The notes beneath the pieces were generated by a model. It did no database searches, had not been told where the DNA came from, and saw only the letters and a program-made list of their open reading frames with translations. The translations under genes were made by a program, and so were the position numbers. This document shows positions 55,110-64,000 of a DNA stretch of 64,000 nucleotides, piece by piece. Numbering within the stretch: position 1 is the first letter of the stretch; each line of letters opens with the position of its first letter. The stretch comes from Gemmatimonadota bacterium (lineage in GTDB: Bacteria; Gemmatimonadota; Gemmatimonadetes; JACCXV01; JAHWKZ01): contig DASTCA010000054.1 in the NCBI GenBank assembly GCA_035711625.1, forward strand, positions 7,993-71,992, in the 5' to 3' direction.

Positions 55110-57719
55110 TCAGAAGGTCAGCGTGACGCCACCCAGTGCGCGGCTGCCGATCACCGAGCCCCCGTAGAGCTCGTAGTGCTGCTTGTCCAACACGTTGCTC
55201 CATACCAGGTTGAGCCGCGCCCACTCGTTCACCACATAGCCTCCGTTCAGGTCCACGGTCGCGAAGCCGGGGACGTGCCCCGCGAACACCCCGGCCGCCC
55301 AATCGAACCCTTCCTGGAGGTGGACGCTGGATCCCACGCTCCAGCGATCCAGGTTGTTGAACGTGAACCCGAGGTTCCCTTTGTGCTTGGGCGTGTTGGG
55401 GAGCAGGGCGTCGCCCGCCAGCGTGCTCTCTTCCACGTTGAAGTCGAAGTACGTGTAGTTCCCGAAGATCTCCCACTTGACCGCCGGCTGAACGCTGAGA
55501 CCGACCTCGACTCCGCTCTCTGTGACACGGCCCGCGTTCGCGTAGGAAAGCACGTACTCGAGCGTCCCGTCGGGCTTCAGGACGAGGAGCGGGGCCACCG
55601 CCCCGACGGCCCCCGTCGTGAGCGCCTGGAGGACCGCCGGCGCGAACGCCGACAGGGGCGGCGATCCGAAGGCGGGCTGATACGCCACCAGGTCCTCGAC
55701 CGAGTCAAAGGTCTCGAAATCCGGGTGCACGCCCGGAAGGAGGTCGGTGACGAAGTCCTCGATCTCGTTGTAATAGATGTCCGCCGTGGCGTACGCCCGG
55801 CCGCCCATGAAGGATCCCTTCCAGCCCACCTCGTAGCCCGTCAGCTGTTCGGCCGTGAGCTCTGAGTTCCCGCGGGCGACGACCGGCGTGGGAACGAAGT
55901 TGAGCGGGAGGTCGATCGGCTGGCCTATCTGGGCGCTGATCGCCGCCTCGAGCCCCAGCTCGACCTGATTGAGCGGAATCACCGGGCCCGCTGCCACGCG
56001 CAGGAACATCTCCGAGTAGTTCGGCGTCTGGAACGCGCGGTTGAAGGTGAAGCGCAGCGAGTGCTCCGGGTTCGGGCTGAACACCAGCGCCGCCTTCGGC
56101 GAGACCTCGTTCTGGTCGGAGTCCAGCACCGAGAAGTGATCGAAGCGCGCGGCGGCCAGCAGGTTCAACATCGGGTGGATCTGGTACTCCACCTGCCCGA
56201 AGAGGCTCGAAATCGTGTCCTCGTGCTTGTCCTCCATGAGCGTGCCGTCGGTGTCGACCGAGACCCAGCGGTTCGAGCCGCCGCCGATCAGGCGGAACCG
56301 CTCGTCGGACGTGCTCCAGTTCGCCTGGCCCTCGATGTGGAACAGATCCGATGCCTCGAGGAGCACCGCGCCCGAAGCCAGGGCCGTCTGGTTGTTGCCC
56401 TCGCACGTGTCGCGCGGGATGCACAGCTCGGTGAACTCGTTGAGGGGCGGAGGGGCGGGGTTGCCCTCGCGGTCGTTCGCCCGCCGTCCGCTGTACCAGC
56501 CGAAGACGGTGAACCGGTCGGAAGCGTATTGGGTGCGTGCCCAGGGCCGGTTGGAGCCGTTGATCTGAACGCGTCCGATCCCGGTGACGAACAGCTCGTT
56601 CTCGGTGAATGTGTTTCCACCCTCCGCCGTCCAGACCGAGCCGTTGTCGAAGTTGTAGTCGAGGCGGGCGCTCCCGTAGAGCGAGCTCACGGGATCGTCG
56701 ATCAGCGGCACGGCCTCGACAGGCAGCCCCGCGATTTCGACATCACCCTCGACGAAATTGCAGTTCCGCGCCGTGGCGGGGCAATCACCGACGGCCAGGT
56801 CCCGAGTGCGGGAGGCGGACCACGAGTCGCCGACCCGCACGTACCCCACGTTCGCCTTGTAGCCCACGTTGCCGCTCGCCGTTTCGCCCGCATGCCGCAG
56901 GTCGAAGCGCCCGGATGCGCGCTCGCCTCCCGAAGCCGCGATCTTCGTCCCGACCACGTCGGCTGGGGCGGGCGTCGAGATGTTCAGCACGCCGCTGAAC
57001 GCGTTCGCACCGTAGAGTGCGGAGCCCGGGCCGCGGACCAGCTCGAGCTGACCGAGGTCATCCAGGGGCATCGACAGCGCCGTCCATTCCTGCGCCTGCA
57101 GGAAGCCGACGCTGCGGTCGATCCCGTCCTGGAGGACGAGCACACGCCGGTTGAGCGACGAGTTGTATCCGCGGGCGTTGATATTGAAGTCCTGGACGCC
57201 GCTCTGCACCACGTCGATCCCTGGCTGGTCCGTGAACAGCTTCGGAAGCTGCCCGTGGATCGCCTTTCGCTGGATTTCCTCGGGGGTCACGACGCTGACC
57301 GCCGCGGGCGCCTCCACAATCCGGGTCGGGCGCCGGCTGGCGCCCCTTACGGTGATCGCGCCCATCTCCACGTAGCCCGCGGTCAACGCGATGTCGACGG
57401 TCGCGGTCTCGCCGGCCGCCACGTCGACCTCCTCCCGCAGCGTCTCGAAGCCGAGCACGGAGACGACCAGCGTCTGCGGGCCTGCCGGAACGTTCGCGAT
57501 GCTATACGTCCCGCGCTGGCCGGAAACGGTTCCGATCCCCGTGCCGTCGATGACGATCTGGGCGCCGGCGACGGCGCCGCCAGTGGCGGCTTCGGTGACG
57601 GTCCCGACGACGCGCCCGGTTCCCTGTCCGAACACGGGCGAGCCGAGCGCGAGGAGCAGAGCCGCTCCCAATAGCACCGACGGAACGAACGATGAGCCCG
57701 ACCTGGACTGGATCCGCAT
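55110..57719 (-). CDS. TonB-dependent outer-membrane receptor with N-terminal carboxypeptidase-regulatory-like domain
   Basis: Internal ATG ([33 protein letters not shown] signal peptide), a CarbopepD_reg-like segment, a TonB box/plug and a C-terminal beta-barrel ending ...GGVTLTF. The upstream 442 codons of the listed ORF are rejected. Confidence 0.8.
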   Translation of the reverse strand: MRIQSRSGSSFVPSVLLGAALLLALGSPVFGQGTGRVVGTVTEAATGGAVAGAQIVIDGTGIGTVSGQRGTYSIANVPAGPQTLVVSVLGFETLREEVDVAAGETATVDIALTAGYVEMGAITVRGASRRPTRIVEAPAAVSVVTPEEIQRKAIHGQLPKLFTDQPGIDVVQSGVQDFNINARGYNSSLNRRVLVLQDGIDRSVGFLQAQEWTALSMPLDDLGQLELVRGPGSALYGANAFSGVLNISTPAPADVVGTKIAASGGERASGRFDLRHAGETASGNVGYKANVGYVRVGDSWSASRTRDLAVGDCPATARNCNFVEGDVEIAGLPVEAVPLIDDPVSSLYGSARLDYNFDNGSVWTAEGGNTFTENELFVTGIGRVQINGSNRPWARTQYASDRFTVFGWYSGRRANDREGNPAPPPLNEFTELCIPRDTCEGNNQTALASGAVLLEASDLFHIEGQANWSTSDERFRLIGGGSNRWVSVDTDGTLMEDKHEDTISSLFGQVEYQIHPMLNLLAAARFDHFSVLDSDQNEVSPKAALVFSPNPEHSLRFTFNRAFQTPNYSEMFLRVAAGPVIPLNQVELGLEAAISAQIGQPIDLPLNFVPTPVVARGNSELTAEQLTGYEVGWKGSFMGGRAYATADIYYNEIEDFVTDLLPGVHPDFETFDSVEDLVAYQPAFGSPPLSAFAPAVLQALTTGAVGAVAPLLVLKPDGTLEYVLSYANAGRVTESGVEVGLSVQPAVKWEIFGNYTYFDFNVEESTLAGDALLPNTPKHKGNLGFTFNNLDRWSVGSSVHLQEGFDWAAGVFAGHVPGFATVDLNGGYVVNEWARLNLVWSNVLDKQHYELYGGSVIGSRALGGVTLTF

Positions 57720-57905
57720 ATGCCTCCGCAGAGATGGCGGTTGAGCGTCGCGTTCCGAAAAGAGTTGAACGTATATACGGGGCGCTCGGGACATTGTGCA
57801 ACCCCGCGGGGGGGGAGGGGATGCGGCCCGGAAAGTGCTTATCTTGAGAGCCATCGGAGGACCGGACACTCGCTGGAGGACCCATTGGAGACGCGAAGGT
57901 GCGTT

Positions 57906-58160
57906 GTGCGCGGGCGCGTCCAGGGCGTCGGATTCCGCTGGTTCGTGACGCGGAATGCCGAGGTCCTCGGCGTGCGGGGGACCGTGCGGAACCGGCGGGA
58001 CGGAGCGGTGGAAGTCGTGCTCCAGGCGGACGACCTGGGAGCCGTGTCGGATCTCCTCGAGCGGATCCGGCGGGGTCCACCGGCCGCGCGGGTCGAGTCG
58101 CTCGATTGGGAGCCGGTCGAGGATGGCGTGCGCTACCCGGGGTTCGAGGTGGTCCGATGA
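57906..58160 (+). CDS. acyP: Acylphosphatase
   Basis: VRGRVQGVGFR motif in an 84-aa product. The GTG start is preceded by AAGG; an alternative TTG lies at 57885. Confidence 0.75.
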   Translation: MRGRVQGVGFRWFVTRNAEVLGVRGTVRNRRDGAVEVVLQADDLGAVSDLLERIRRGPPAARVESLDWEPVEDGVRYPGFEVVR

Positions 58161-58783
58161 GCTGCGGGGTCGGTCCGGCCGGCGTCCTGGCCGGCCTCTT
58201 CGCGGCAGCTCTGGGCTGCGCCCCCGTGTACTCCGAGAGCACACCGCCGCTTGCAGCCGTGACCGTGCCGCGGTCGTCTCGCTCGAGCGACTTGCGCGCC
58301 GAGCCTTCCGCGGGCGCCGCGGCGGATCTTGACCTGGTCCGAGCGCTGCAGTCGCTCGTCTGGCCGCTGGCCACGGACGGGTCCGGGATCTTGAGCTCCG
58401 TCTACGGGGAACGACTCCATCCTCTGGGCGGCGATCCGCGGTTCCACGCCGGACTCGACCTGCGTGCCCGCGCAGGCACCCCGGTGTATGCGGCCGCGGC
58501 GGGCATCGTGGCCACCAGCGCATCGTCGGGCGCGTACGGAAATTTCGTGATCCTCGAGCACGGGGGTGGACTCCGTACTGTATACGCACACCATCGGGAG
58601 AACCTCGTCCGCTCCGGCGACCGCGTCCGACGCGGGCAGCCGATCGGGCTCGTGGGTCGAAGCGGGAACGCGACGGGGGATCATCTCCATTTCGAGGTCC
58701 GCTGGAAGGACGGGACCGTCGATCCGAGAACCGTGCTGCCGCTCCTCGACGGGCGCGGCCCGTTGATGGGAGGCATTCGATGA
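58157..58783 (+). CDS. M23 family metallopeptidase lipoprotein
   Basis: Lipobox ALGCAP. M23 motifs HAGLDL and GNATGDHLHFEV. The ATG overlaps the acyP stop. Confidence 0.8.
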   Translation: MSCGVGPAGVLAGLFAAALGCAPVYSESTPPLAAVTVPRSSRSSDLRAEPSAGAAADLDLVRALQSLVWPLATDGSGILSSVYGERLHPLGGDPRFHAGLDLRARAGTPVYAAAAGIVATSASSGAYGNFVILEHGGGLRTVYAHHRENLVRSGDRVRRGQPIGLVGRSGNATGDHLHFEVRWKDGTVDPRTVLPLLDGRGPLMGGIR

Positions 58784-59322
58784 AGACAACCACGTTGGCG
58801 GATCGGCTCCGCGAGTCGATCCGAGACATCCCGGACTTTCCGAAGCCGGGAATCCTGTTCAAGGACATCACCCCGGTCCTGCTCGACCCTGAGCTGTTCC
58901 GCGCCACGGTCGGGGCCCTCGCCGACTGGACGGCGGGGCGCGACGCGCACAAGGTCGTGGGCGTGGACGCGCGCGGGTTCCTCTTCGCGGGGGCCGTGGC
59001 GGACCGCCTCGGCCTCGGGCTCGTACCCGCGCGCAAGCCCGGCAAGCTGCCCTCGGAGACGATCCGCGCGTCCTACGACCTCGAGTACGGTGTCAATGCG
59101 CTCGAAGTGCACAAGGACGCCATCGAGCCGGGCGAGCGGATCGTCATCGTCGACGACCTCCTGGCCACCGGCGGGACGATCGAGGCGGCCGTGCGGCTGG
59201 TGGAAGGGCTCGGTGGCAGGATCGCCGGCCTGGCGTTCGTGGTGGAGCTGGGCTTCCTCGACGGTCGCGCCCGACTGGACGGCCACGACATCCTGAGCCT
59301 CGTCACTTTCGACGGATCGTGA
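58780..59322 (+). CDS. apt: Adenine phosphoribosyltransferase
   Basis: PRPP-binding motif VIVDDLLATGGT and a typical Apt N-terminus (IPDFPKPGILFKDITP). Confidence 0.85.
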   Translation: MKTTTLADRLRESIRDIPDFPKPGILFKDITPVLLDPELFRATVGALADWTAGRDAHKVVGVDARGFLFAGAVADRLGLGLVPARKPGKLPSETIRASYDLEYGVNALEVHKDAIEPGERIVIVDDLLATGGTIEAAVRLVEGLGGRIAGLAFVVELGFLDGRARLDGHDILSLVTFDGS

Positions 59323-60293
59323 CCCTGCCCGCGAAGGAGCGCGATCCGGCCGTGTCCCGCGAGTGGCTCCCCCGCGCGCTCCTCCTGGATCCCAGCGCGC
59401 TCCCCGGCGGAGCATGCTGGGCCGACGCGCGTGTGCTGGATCTGGCCGAGGTGCCGATTCTTCTGGGCTGGCGCCGCGGCGGCGGTCTCGTGGTCACCGG
59501 GGCTGCGGAAGGGGAAGCGACGCTCGAGCTCTTCGTCGCTGTGCGTCGATTCGCGAAGTCGGCGACCGGCTGGTCGGAAGAGCGGTGCGATGCGGCGTTC
59601 CGGGAGTTCTGGTCCCGGGCCCAGCGTCCGCTACGGGAGGCGCTCGAGGCACGTCTGCCGCTCCCTCCTCCCGAGGACTGGACGCTCGAGTCGTGGGCGG
59701 TGGCGGTATGGGGGAGGTTCACGGGCGCGGTCGAGCCGCCCGCCATGGTCGTCGTCGGGACCTCGGTTTCGGACGCCGTCGTGGACGCGGTCCTGTCCTG
59801 TGTCGGGCCCGGGCGGACGGCCGCGTTCACCGTCTCTCCGCTCGACGAGTCTCGGAGCCGTGTCCGTTGCTCGCTCGTCGTCGGCGAGCTCGATCCCTCC
59901 GCCGACCGCGTGCTGCCGGGTGTGCTCGAGGGACCGGTGGCTGGGGACTACCGTCCGGACCGGGAACGCAGCCCCGCGCAGCTGATCGGGGCGATCGAGC
60001 GCATCGCGGGGGAGTTCGGAGCGGTGTCGCGCTGGTTTCGCAAGGACTGGGTGCGGATCGAAGGCAGCGGCGGAGCGATCCGGGTGTTCCCGCGTGGAGA
60101 AGGGGCCTGGCTCCAGCTGGCCGGGATCGACGAGGGCACGCTGGCGGGTCTTCGCTATCGACATGGGATCGCGCTCGACATGCCGGCCCAGGCCGACGCC
60201 CCCCCCGGCGCGCACTTGTTCCTCCCGAACGCAGATGCATTCACGCCACAGATCGAGGCGGTCGTACGGCGCTGGCTGCGCGGCCCGGACTAG
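59319..60293 (+). CDS. Hypothetical protein (324 aa), translationally coupled to apt
   Basis: The GTG overlaps the apt stop. No recognisable motifs. Confidence 0.4.
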   Translation: MTLPAKERDPAVSREWLPRALLLDPSALPGGACWADARVLDLAEVPILLGWRRGGGLVVTGAAEGEATLELFVAVRRFAKSATGWSEERCDAAFREFWSRAQRPLREALEARLPLPPPEDWTLESWAVAVWGRFTGAVEPPAMVVVGTSVSDAVVDAVLSCVGPGRTAAFTVSPLDESRSRVRCSLVVGELDPSADRVLPGVLEGPVAGDYRPDRERSPAQLIGAIERIAGEFGAVSRWFRKDWVRIEGSGGAIRVFPRGEGAWLQLAGIDEGTLAGLRYRHGIALDMPAQADAPPGAHLFLPNADAFTPQIEAVVRRWLRGPD

Positions 60294-60922
60294 AGGGCCG
60301 GGTCCTCCGCACTGGAATCGAGGCGCAGCGCGAGCGCGAGTGCTTCCCGGTCGTTCACGTTGAGGAGCGCGCGCTCGGGATCTTCGAGACCGAGCTGCGC
60401 GGCGGGGACCTCGACTCCGCCGATCTCGTCCAACACGTGCTGCACGCGGCGGGCGCCGCGATCGAGCGCGCGGTCGCAGGCGTCCGCGGCGTCGGCCCGC
60501 CAGAGCGCCATCAACGGATGACTCCGGCCGTCGAGGACCGGAACGACGGCGAAAGCGGCCGGCGCGGCGCTTCGAAGGGCGGGGAACAGAGCGGGGTCCG
60601 CGAAGGGATAGTCGCAGGCCGCGACCGCGACCTGCCCCGAGCCTCCGATCGCCGCCAGACCCGCGGCGAGTCCAGCCAGCGGGCCTTCTCCCGGCCGGTG
60701 GTCGTCGACCCGTCGATACGGCCCGGGAGGAAGCTCCTGCCCGGGCCGGGTCGAGACCCAGACGCCGTCCGCCACGGGGGAGAGGCGCGCGATCACGCGG
60801 GACAGAAGCGGTTCGCCCCGCCACGCGAGCGCCGCCTTGTCGCGACCCATTCGCCGGCTCGCTCCCCCCGCGAGGACCAGGAGGGGCACGCGAGGCGCCT
60901 GAAGACTGGTCTCCGAGGTCAC
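60290..60922 (-). CDS. mobA: Molybdenum cofactor guanylyltransferase MobA-like
   Basis: LVLAGGASRRMGRDKAAL N-terminal motif. The listed ORF extends over tRNA-Arg(CCU), so the real start is taken as GTG at 60922. Confidence 0.65.
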   Translation of the reverse strand: MTSETSLQAPRVPLLVLAGGASRRMGRDKAALAWRGEPLLSRVIARLSPVADGVWVSTRPGQELPPGPYRRVDDHRPGEGPLAGLAAGLAAIGGSGQVAVAACDYPFADPALFPALRSAAPAAFAVVPVLDGRSHPLMALWRADAADACDRALDRGARRVQHVLDEIGGVEVPAAQLGLEDPERALLNVNDREALALALRLDSSAEDPAL

Positions 60923-61029
60923 GGGCTTGAAGATACCGACCCTACCCGATCCGGCCCGCGCTGTTACATTCCATCGGATTCCAGGCTTCGAGTCGTGCCC
61001 GGGCCGACGGTCCGCGCCGCTCCCGCATC

Positions 61030-61106
61030 CGCCCCCGTAGCTCAGGTGGATAGAGCAGCGGTTTCCTAAACCGCGTGTCGTGCGTTCGAATCGCGCCGGG
61101 GGCACC
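61030..61106 (+). tRNA. tRNA-Arg (anticodon CCU)
   Basis: Manual fold: acceptor GCCCCCG/CGGGGGC, D-arm GCUC/GAGC, anticodon stem GCGGU/ACCGC with loop UUCCUAA, T-loop UUCGAAU, discriminator A, CCA. Confidence 0.85.
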
Positions 61107-61139
61107 ACTCCATCTCGACTTCAAGGTGATTCTCATATC

Positions 61140-61892
61140 ATGAGCCGTAAGCGATTATCCAAGAAGCAATTAAAGCGAGACAAGTTCGTACAGAGCACGT
61201 TCGACTGGGCGCATTGGGCCGAAACGCATCGGCGCGAGATGATCGGGGCGGCGGTCGCGCTGGTTGTCCTCGCCGCAGGGTTCTTCGTCTATCGCGGGGT
61301 CTCGCGCGGCGCGGAGGAAGAGGCGGCTCGGGACTACCTCATGGCCCGGCAGGCATACTTCGCGGGGAATTACCAGCTTTCCGTGAGCGACCTGCAGGGG
61401 TTCGTCGATCGGCACGGCGGGAGCGGGTACGTCGACGACGCACTCCTGTTCCTCGGGGAGTCCCAGCTTCAGGCCGGCCAACCCGCCGAGGCCGTCGCCA
61501 CGCTCGAGAAGCTGATCGAAGAGCACGGCGACTCGCCGCTGGCGGACAACGCGCAGCGCCTGCTGGCTGCTGCGTACGCTCAGGCAGGCCAGGTCGACCG
61601 GGCGGTCGAGGCGTATCGCGCGGCGATCGATGCCACCCCGTACGATGAGCTGAAGGCCCAGATCCACGCCTCGCTCGCGCTCCTCTTCGTGTCGCAATCG
61701 CGGCCCGAGGACGCGGTGGCGGAGTACCAGGCGATCATCGAGCTCGACCCGGAAGGTGCAGCGGCGGACGAAGCGCGACGAGAGCTCGCCGAGCTGACGG
61801 TGCAGCCGATCGGCGGGGCGCGGGAGTCGTCCGCAGCCACCGCCTCCGATGTGGCGGCGGGCGCCACGCCACCGGACAGCGCGACGCCCTAG
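61140..61892 (+). CDS. YfgM-like membrane-anchored TPR protein
   Basis: Internal ATG (MSRKRLSKKQLKRDKF...), one TM helix, then TPR-like repeats. The listed ORF start overlaps the tRNA. Confidence 0.6.
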   Translation: MSRKRLSKKQLKRDKFVQSTFDWAHWAETHRREMIGAAVALVVLAAGFFVYRGVSRGAEEEAARDYLMARQAYFAGNYQLSVSDLQGFVDRHGGSGYVDDALLFLGESQLQAGQPAEAVATLEKLIEEHGDSPLADNAQRLLAAAYAQAGQVDRAVEAYRAAIDATPYDELKAQIHASLALLFVSQSRPEDAVAEYQAIIELDPEGAAADEARRELAELTVQPIGGARESSAATASDVAAGATPPDSATP

Positions 61893-61904
61893 TCGACCTC
61901 GGGT

Positions 61905-63992
61905 TCAGCTCGAGGTCAGGACCTCCGGGCGCGCCACGAATCCCGCATAGGCCAGACCCTCGGACGCCCCGCCTCCCGAATCGCTCTCCACGAACGCGGC
62001 CATTCTCTCCGCCTGCTCCTCGATCATTCGCACGAACGTTGCCGCCAGCTGGGGATCGAACTGCGTTCCCGCGTTCCTGCGGATCTCCTCTCGCGCATAG
62101 CCCAGTCCCTTCACGCGGCTCTGATACGGCCGTTTGCTCACCATCGCGTGGAACGAATCGACGAGGCTCACTACGCGCGCCCCGAACGGAATGTCCGGAC
62201 CGCGGAGCCCTTCCGGGTAACCCTTTCCGTCCCACCGCTCGTGGTGGTGACGGATGCACGGAACGGCCGCGCTGAAGGGTCGGAGCGGCTCCAGGATGCG
62301 CGCTCCGATCTCGGGATGCTTGCGGACGATCTCGTATTCCTCGCGGGTCAGGAATTCCGACTTCTGCAGAATGTCCTGGGGGACGCCGAGCTTCCCGATG
62401 TCGTGCAACATGCAGGCGATCCGAATCGTGCGTCGCTCGTCCTCTTCGACGGATAGATAGCCGAGGAACAAGTCCGAGAGCGCGGCTGCCTGCTCGAGAT
62501 GATGCCGGGTGTAGGTGTCCCGGGCGTGCATCGCGGTAGTCAGGCTCTCGATGATGTCGTCGAGGTTGTCGATGATGTCGGTATCGGTCGTGAACAGGGA
62601 GAGGCGATCGCGAATCGCTCCGATCCGGGGATCGTCGTGGCTGAAGTGCCGTTCCAGCGAAACCGACGTGAAGGCCTGGACGAGCTCGCGCTGGACTTCG
62701 TCCTCGGAAGCCCGGCGGTGCAGGTGATCGTAGACCGTGATCCGGTTTCGGCCTCGATACTTCGAATAGTAGAGGGCCTGGTCCGCCTGGTGGACCAGGT
62801 CGCGGGGCGTCGTGGCGTCATGGGGGTAGGTGGCGACGCCGATCGAGGCGGTGATCGGGGCGTCGATCCCCGAATGCTCCGATTCCGAGATCGCAGTGCA
62901 GATCCGCTCTGCGACCCTCTGAGCCCGATCGACCTCGGCGCCCGTGAGCAGAATCGCGAACTCCTCGCCGCCGTACCGGGCGACGAAGTCGACCTCCCGG
63001 ACCTGCTCACTCAGGATCGTCGCGATCGTTCGCAAAACGCCGTCGCCTGCGAGATGCCCGAAGGCGTCGTTCACACGCTTCAAGTAATCGATGTCGATCA
63101 TGAGGAGGGACAACGGTCGCGAATCCCGCTCGGAGCGCGCCACCTCCAGGTCCAGCCGCTGGTGGAACGCGCGCAGGTTGCGGAGGCCGGTCAGTGGATC
63201 CCGCGTCGCTGCCTCCTCCATCTCCGCATAGCGCTCCGCGTGCCCGACGGCACGGGCCGCGGCGTGGGCCATCAACTGACAGAACGCGAGCTCCTGCCGA
63301 CTGTAGTCCGCCGGCGAATGGTCGTTCCGGATGTAGAGGACACCTCGTGGCTCCTCACCGACCAGGATCGGGGCGACGAGGATCGATGTCCGCCGAACGC
63401 GTTGCCGCAGCGTAAGGCGGGAATCCCGCGCCCGTCCCCGACGATGGACGACGATCGGGCTCTGGCGGGCGATCGCTTCAGCGACTTCCGGATGCTCGGA
63501 CAGCTCCACGTAGAGATCCTGTTGGAGGGGTTGACCCAGGTCCGCGGCCGCGACGACGCGCCCGACGTCCGGCTCGCTCGTCAGCTGAATCATGGCCACG
63601 CGGTCCGCCTGGAGGAGGCGAGCCATGAGCTCCACCAGCCGGCGGTACACCGTATCGACGTCGAACGTCCCGGCTACGAGGGCGGAGATCTGAAGTGCGC
63701 TGTCGAGGAGATCGCCCGTCGACTCGTGCCGCGAGAGCTCTTCGGTCAGATGACCCACCGCCGCGCCGGCGACGAGCAGGATCACCCCCTGCAGGATGAG
63801 AGCGCTCCACTCCAGCGCCATCGCTTGCCCGGTCCCGAAATCGGTGCCGGTAGCGTAGAGCGGAATCTGGACGAACGCCGCGACCGCAGCGACCGTGATC
63901 GCCCAGCCGACGTCACGGGCGAAGGCCGCGAGCAGGATCGTCACGAGGAAGACCGGCAGGTAGATCCAGCCGCCCTCTTCGTACAGGGTCAC
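61905..63992 (-). CDS. Membrane-anchored GAF-GGDEF-HD-GYP protein (c-di-GMP cyclase/phosphodiesterase); start near window edge
   Basis: GGDEF motif RYGGEEF with the RxGD region. HD-GYP motifs HDIGK and HHERWDGKGYP. A GAF-like segment lies upstream. Confidence 0.8.
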   Translation of the reverse strand: MTLYEEGGWIYLPVFLVTILLAAFARDVGWAITVAAVAAFVQIPLYATGTDFGTGQAMALEWSALILQGVILLVAGAAVGHLTEELSRHESTGDLLDSALQISALVAGTFDVDTVYRRLVELMARLLQADRVAMIQLTSEPDVGRVVAAADLGQPLQQDLYVELSEHPEVAEAIARQSPIVVHRRGRARDSRLTLRQRVRRTSILVAPILVGEEPRGVLYIRNDHSPADYSRQELAFCQLMAHAAARAVGHAERYAEMEEAATRDPLTGLRNLRAFHQRLDLEVARSERDSRPLSLLMIDIDYLKRVNDAFGHLAGDGVLRTIATILSEQVREVDFVARYGGEEFAILLTGAEVDRAQRVAERICTAISESEHSGIDAPITASIGVATYPHDATTPRDLVHQADQALYYSKYRGRNRITVYDHLHRRASEDEVQRELVQAFTSVSLERHFSHDDPRIGAIRDRLSLFTTDTDIIDNLDDIIESLTTAMHARDTYTRHHLEQAAALSDLFLGYLSVEEDERRTIRIACMLHDIGKLGVPQDILQKSEFLTREEYEIVRKHPEIGARILEPLRPFSAAVPCIRHHHERWDGKGYPEGLRGPDIPFGARVVSLVDSFHAMVSKRPYQSRVKGLGYAREEIRRNAGTQFDPQLAATFVRMIEEQAERMAAFVESDSGGGASEGLAYAGFVARPEVLTSS

Positions 63993-64000
63993 GAGGGCGC

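Noticed and set aside
57720-57900. Possible riboswitch in the divergent region upstream of the TonB-dependent receptor
   Set aside because: There is a GC-rich palindrome (CCCCGCGGGG) but no recognisable B12-box or other riboswitch consensus, so it cannot be supported by inspection alone.
57720-59045. N-terminal 442 codons of the listed 1311-aa ORF 55110..59045 (-)
   Set aside because: This is low-complexity RPRS-rich sequence antisense to acyP and the M23 peptidase gene. A proper signal peptide begins at the internal ATG at 57719.
60923-61108. 5' extension of the mobA-like ORF
   Set aside because: It runs antisense across tRNA-Arg(CCU). The conserved MobA N-terminal motif starts at the GTG at 60922.

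Overview
This 64 kb window is a roughly 70% GC bacterial chromosomal segment, densely packed with short operons. Overlapping start/stop codons (ATGA/GTGA) are frequent. Gene identities are my own reading of the translated ORFs (motifs and domain order); no database search was run.

Content by coordinate:
- 1-7 kb: a housekeeping block: tldD (5' partial), pmbA, an AI-2E permease, then der-plsY-gpsA.
- 6.7-8.6 kb: a MerR regulator coupled to a thioredoxin-fold + NHL-repeat protein. Its thioredoxin active site reads W-T-Y-G-[TGA]-I-N-C with a hairpin just downstream, so it is a candidate selenoprotein (UxxC); the ORF track begins only at the Met after the TGA.
- 8.6-12.3 kb: a lower-GC islet. It holds an RHH antitoxin/MazF toxin pair, tRNA-Pro(GGG), an orphan tRNA-like 3' element (T-arm, acceptor strand, CCA, no 5' half), and a Cys-rich lipoprotein.
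- 12.4-25.9 kb: a transporter, a patatin-like Type Vd autotransporter (PlpD-like), an OmpA lipoprotein, tRNA-Arg(UCG), a membrane PI-PLC-like protein, psuG-MFS-trpF, cardiolipin synthase, hslR and a DUF309 protein.
- 25.9-30.2 kb: a 1414-aa class III nucleotide cyclase fused to a TolB_N-like domain, TPR repeats, a STAND NB-ARC ATPase and more TPR repeats.
- 30.3-32.5 kb: qor, ferritin, and an orphan GroES-like protein.
- 32.5-41.9 kb: a complete urate/purine catabolic set (allB-alc-uraD-uraH-puuD), convergent with a three-subunit xanthine dehydrogenase-like enzyme and a malate synthase/CitE-like protein.
- 41.9-46.7 kb (minus strand): a second PlpD-like patatin, an ATP-grasp protein and a PaaK-like adenylating enzyme.
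- 46.7-52.5 kb: divergent from the above, a second molybdo-flavo enzyme (2Fe-2S, Mo, FAD). The FAD subunit carries the four-Cys [4Fe-4S] insertion typical of 4-hydroxybenzoyl-CoA reductase (HcrB). MocA and a split, domain-swapped XdhC follow.
- 52.5-64 kb: SIMPL, surE, a DedA/YqaA protein, a 24-aa Lys-rich micro-ORF with its own promoter, RBS and terminator, tRNA-Pro(CGG), a TonB-dependent receptor, acyP, an M23 peptidase, apt, mobA, tRNA-Arg(CCU), a YfgM-like TPR protein and a GAF-GGDEF-HD-GYP enzyme.

No integrase, transposase or CRISPR array was seen. RNA and hairpin coordinates may be off by 1-2 nt.
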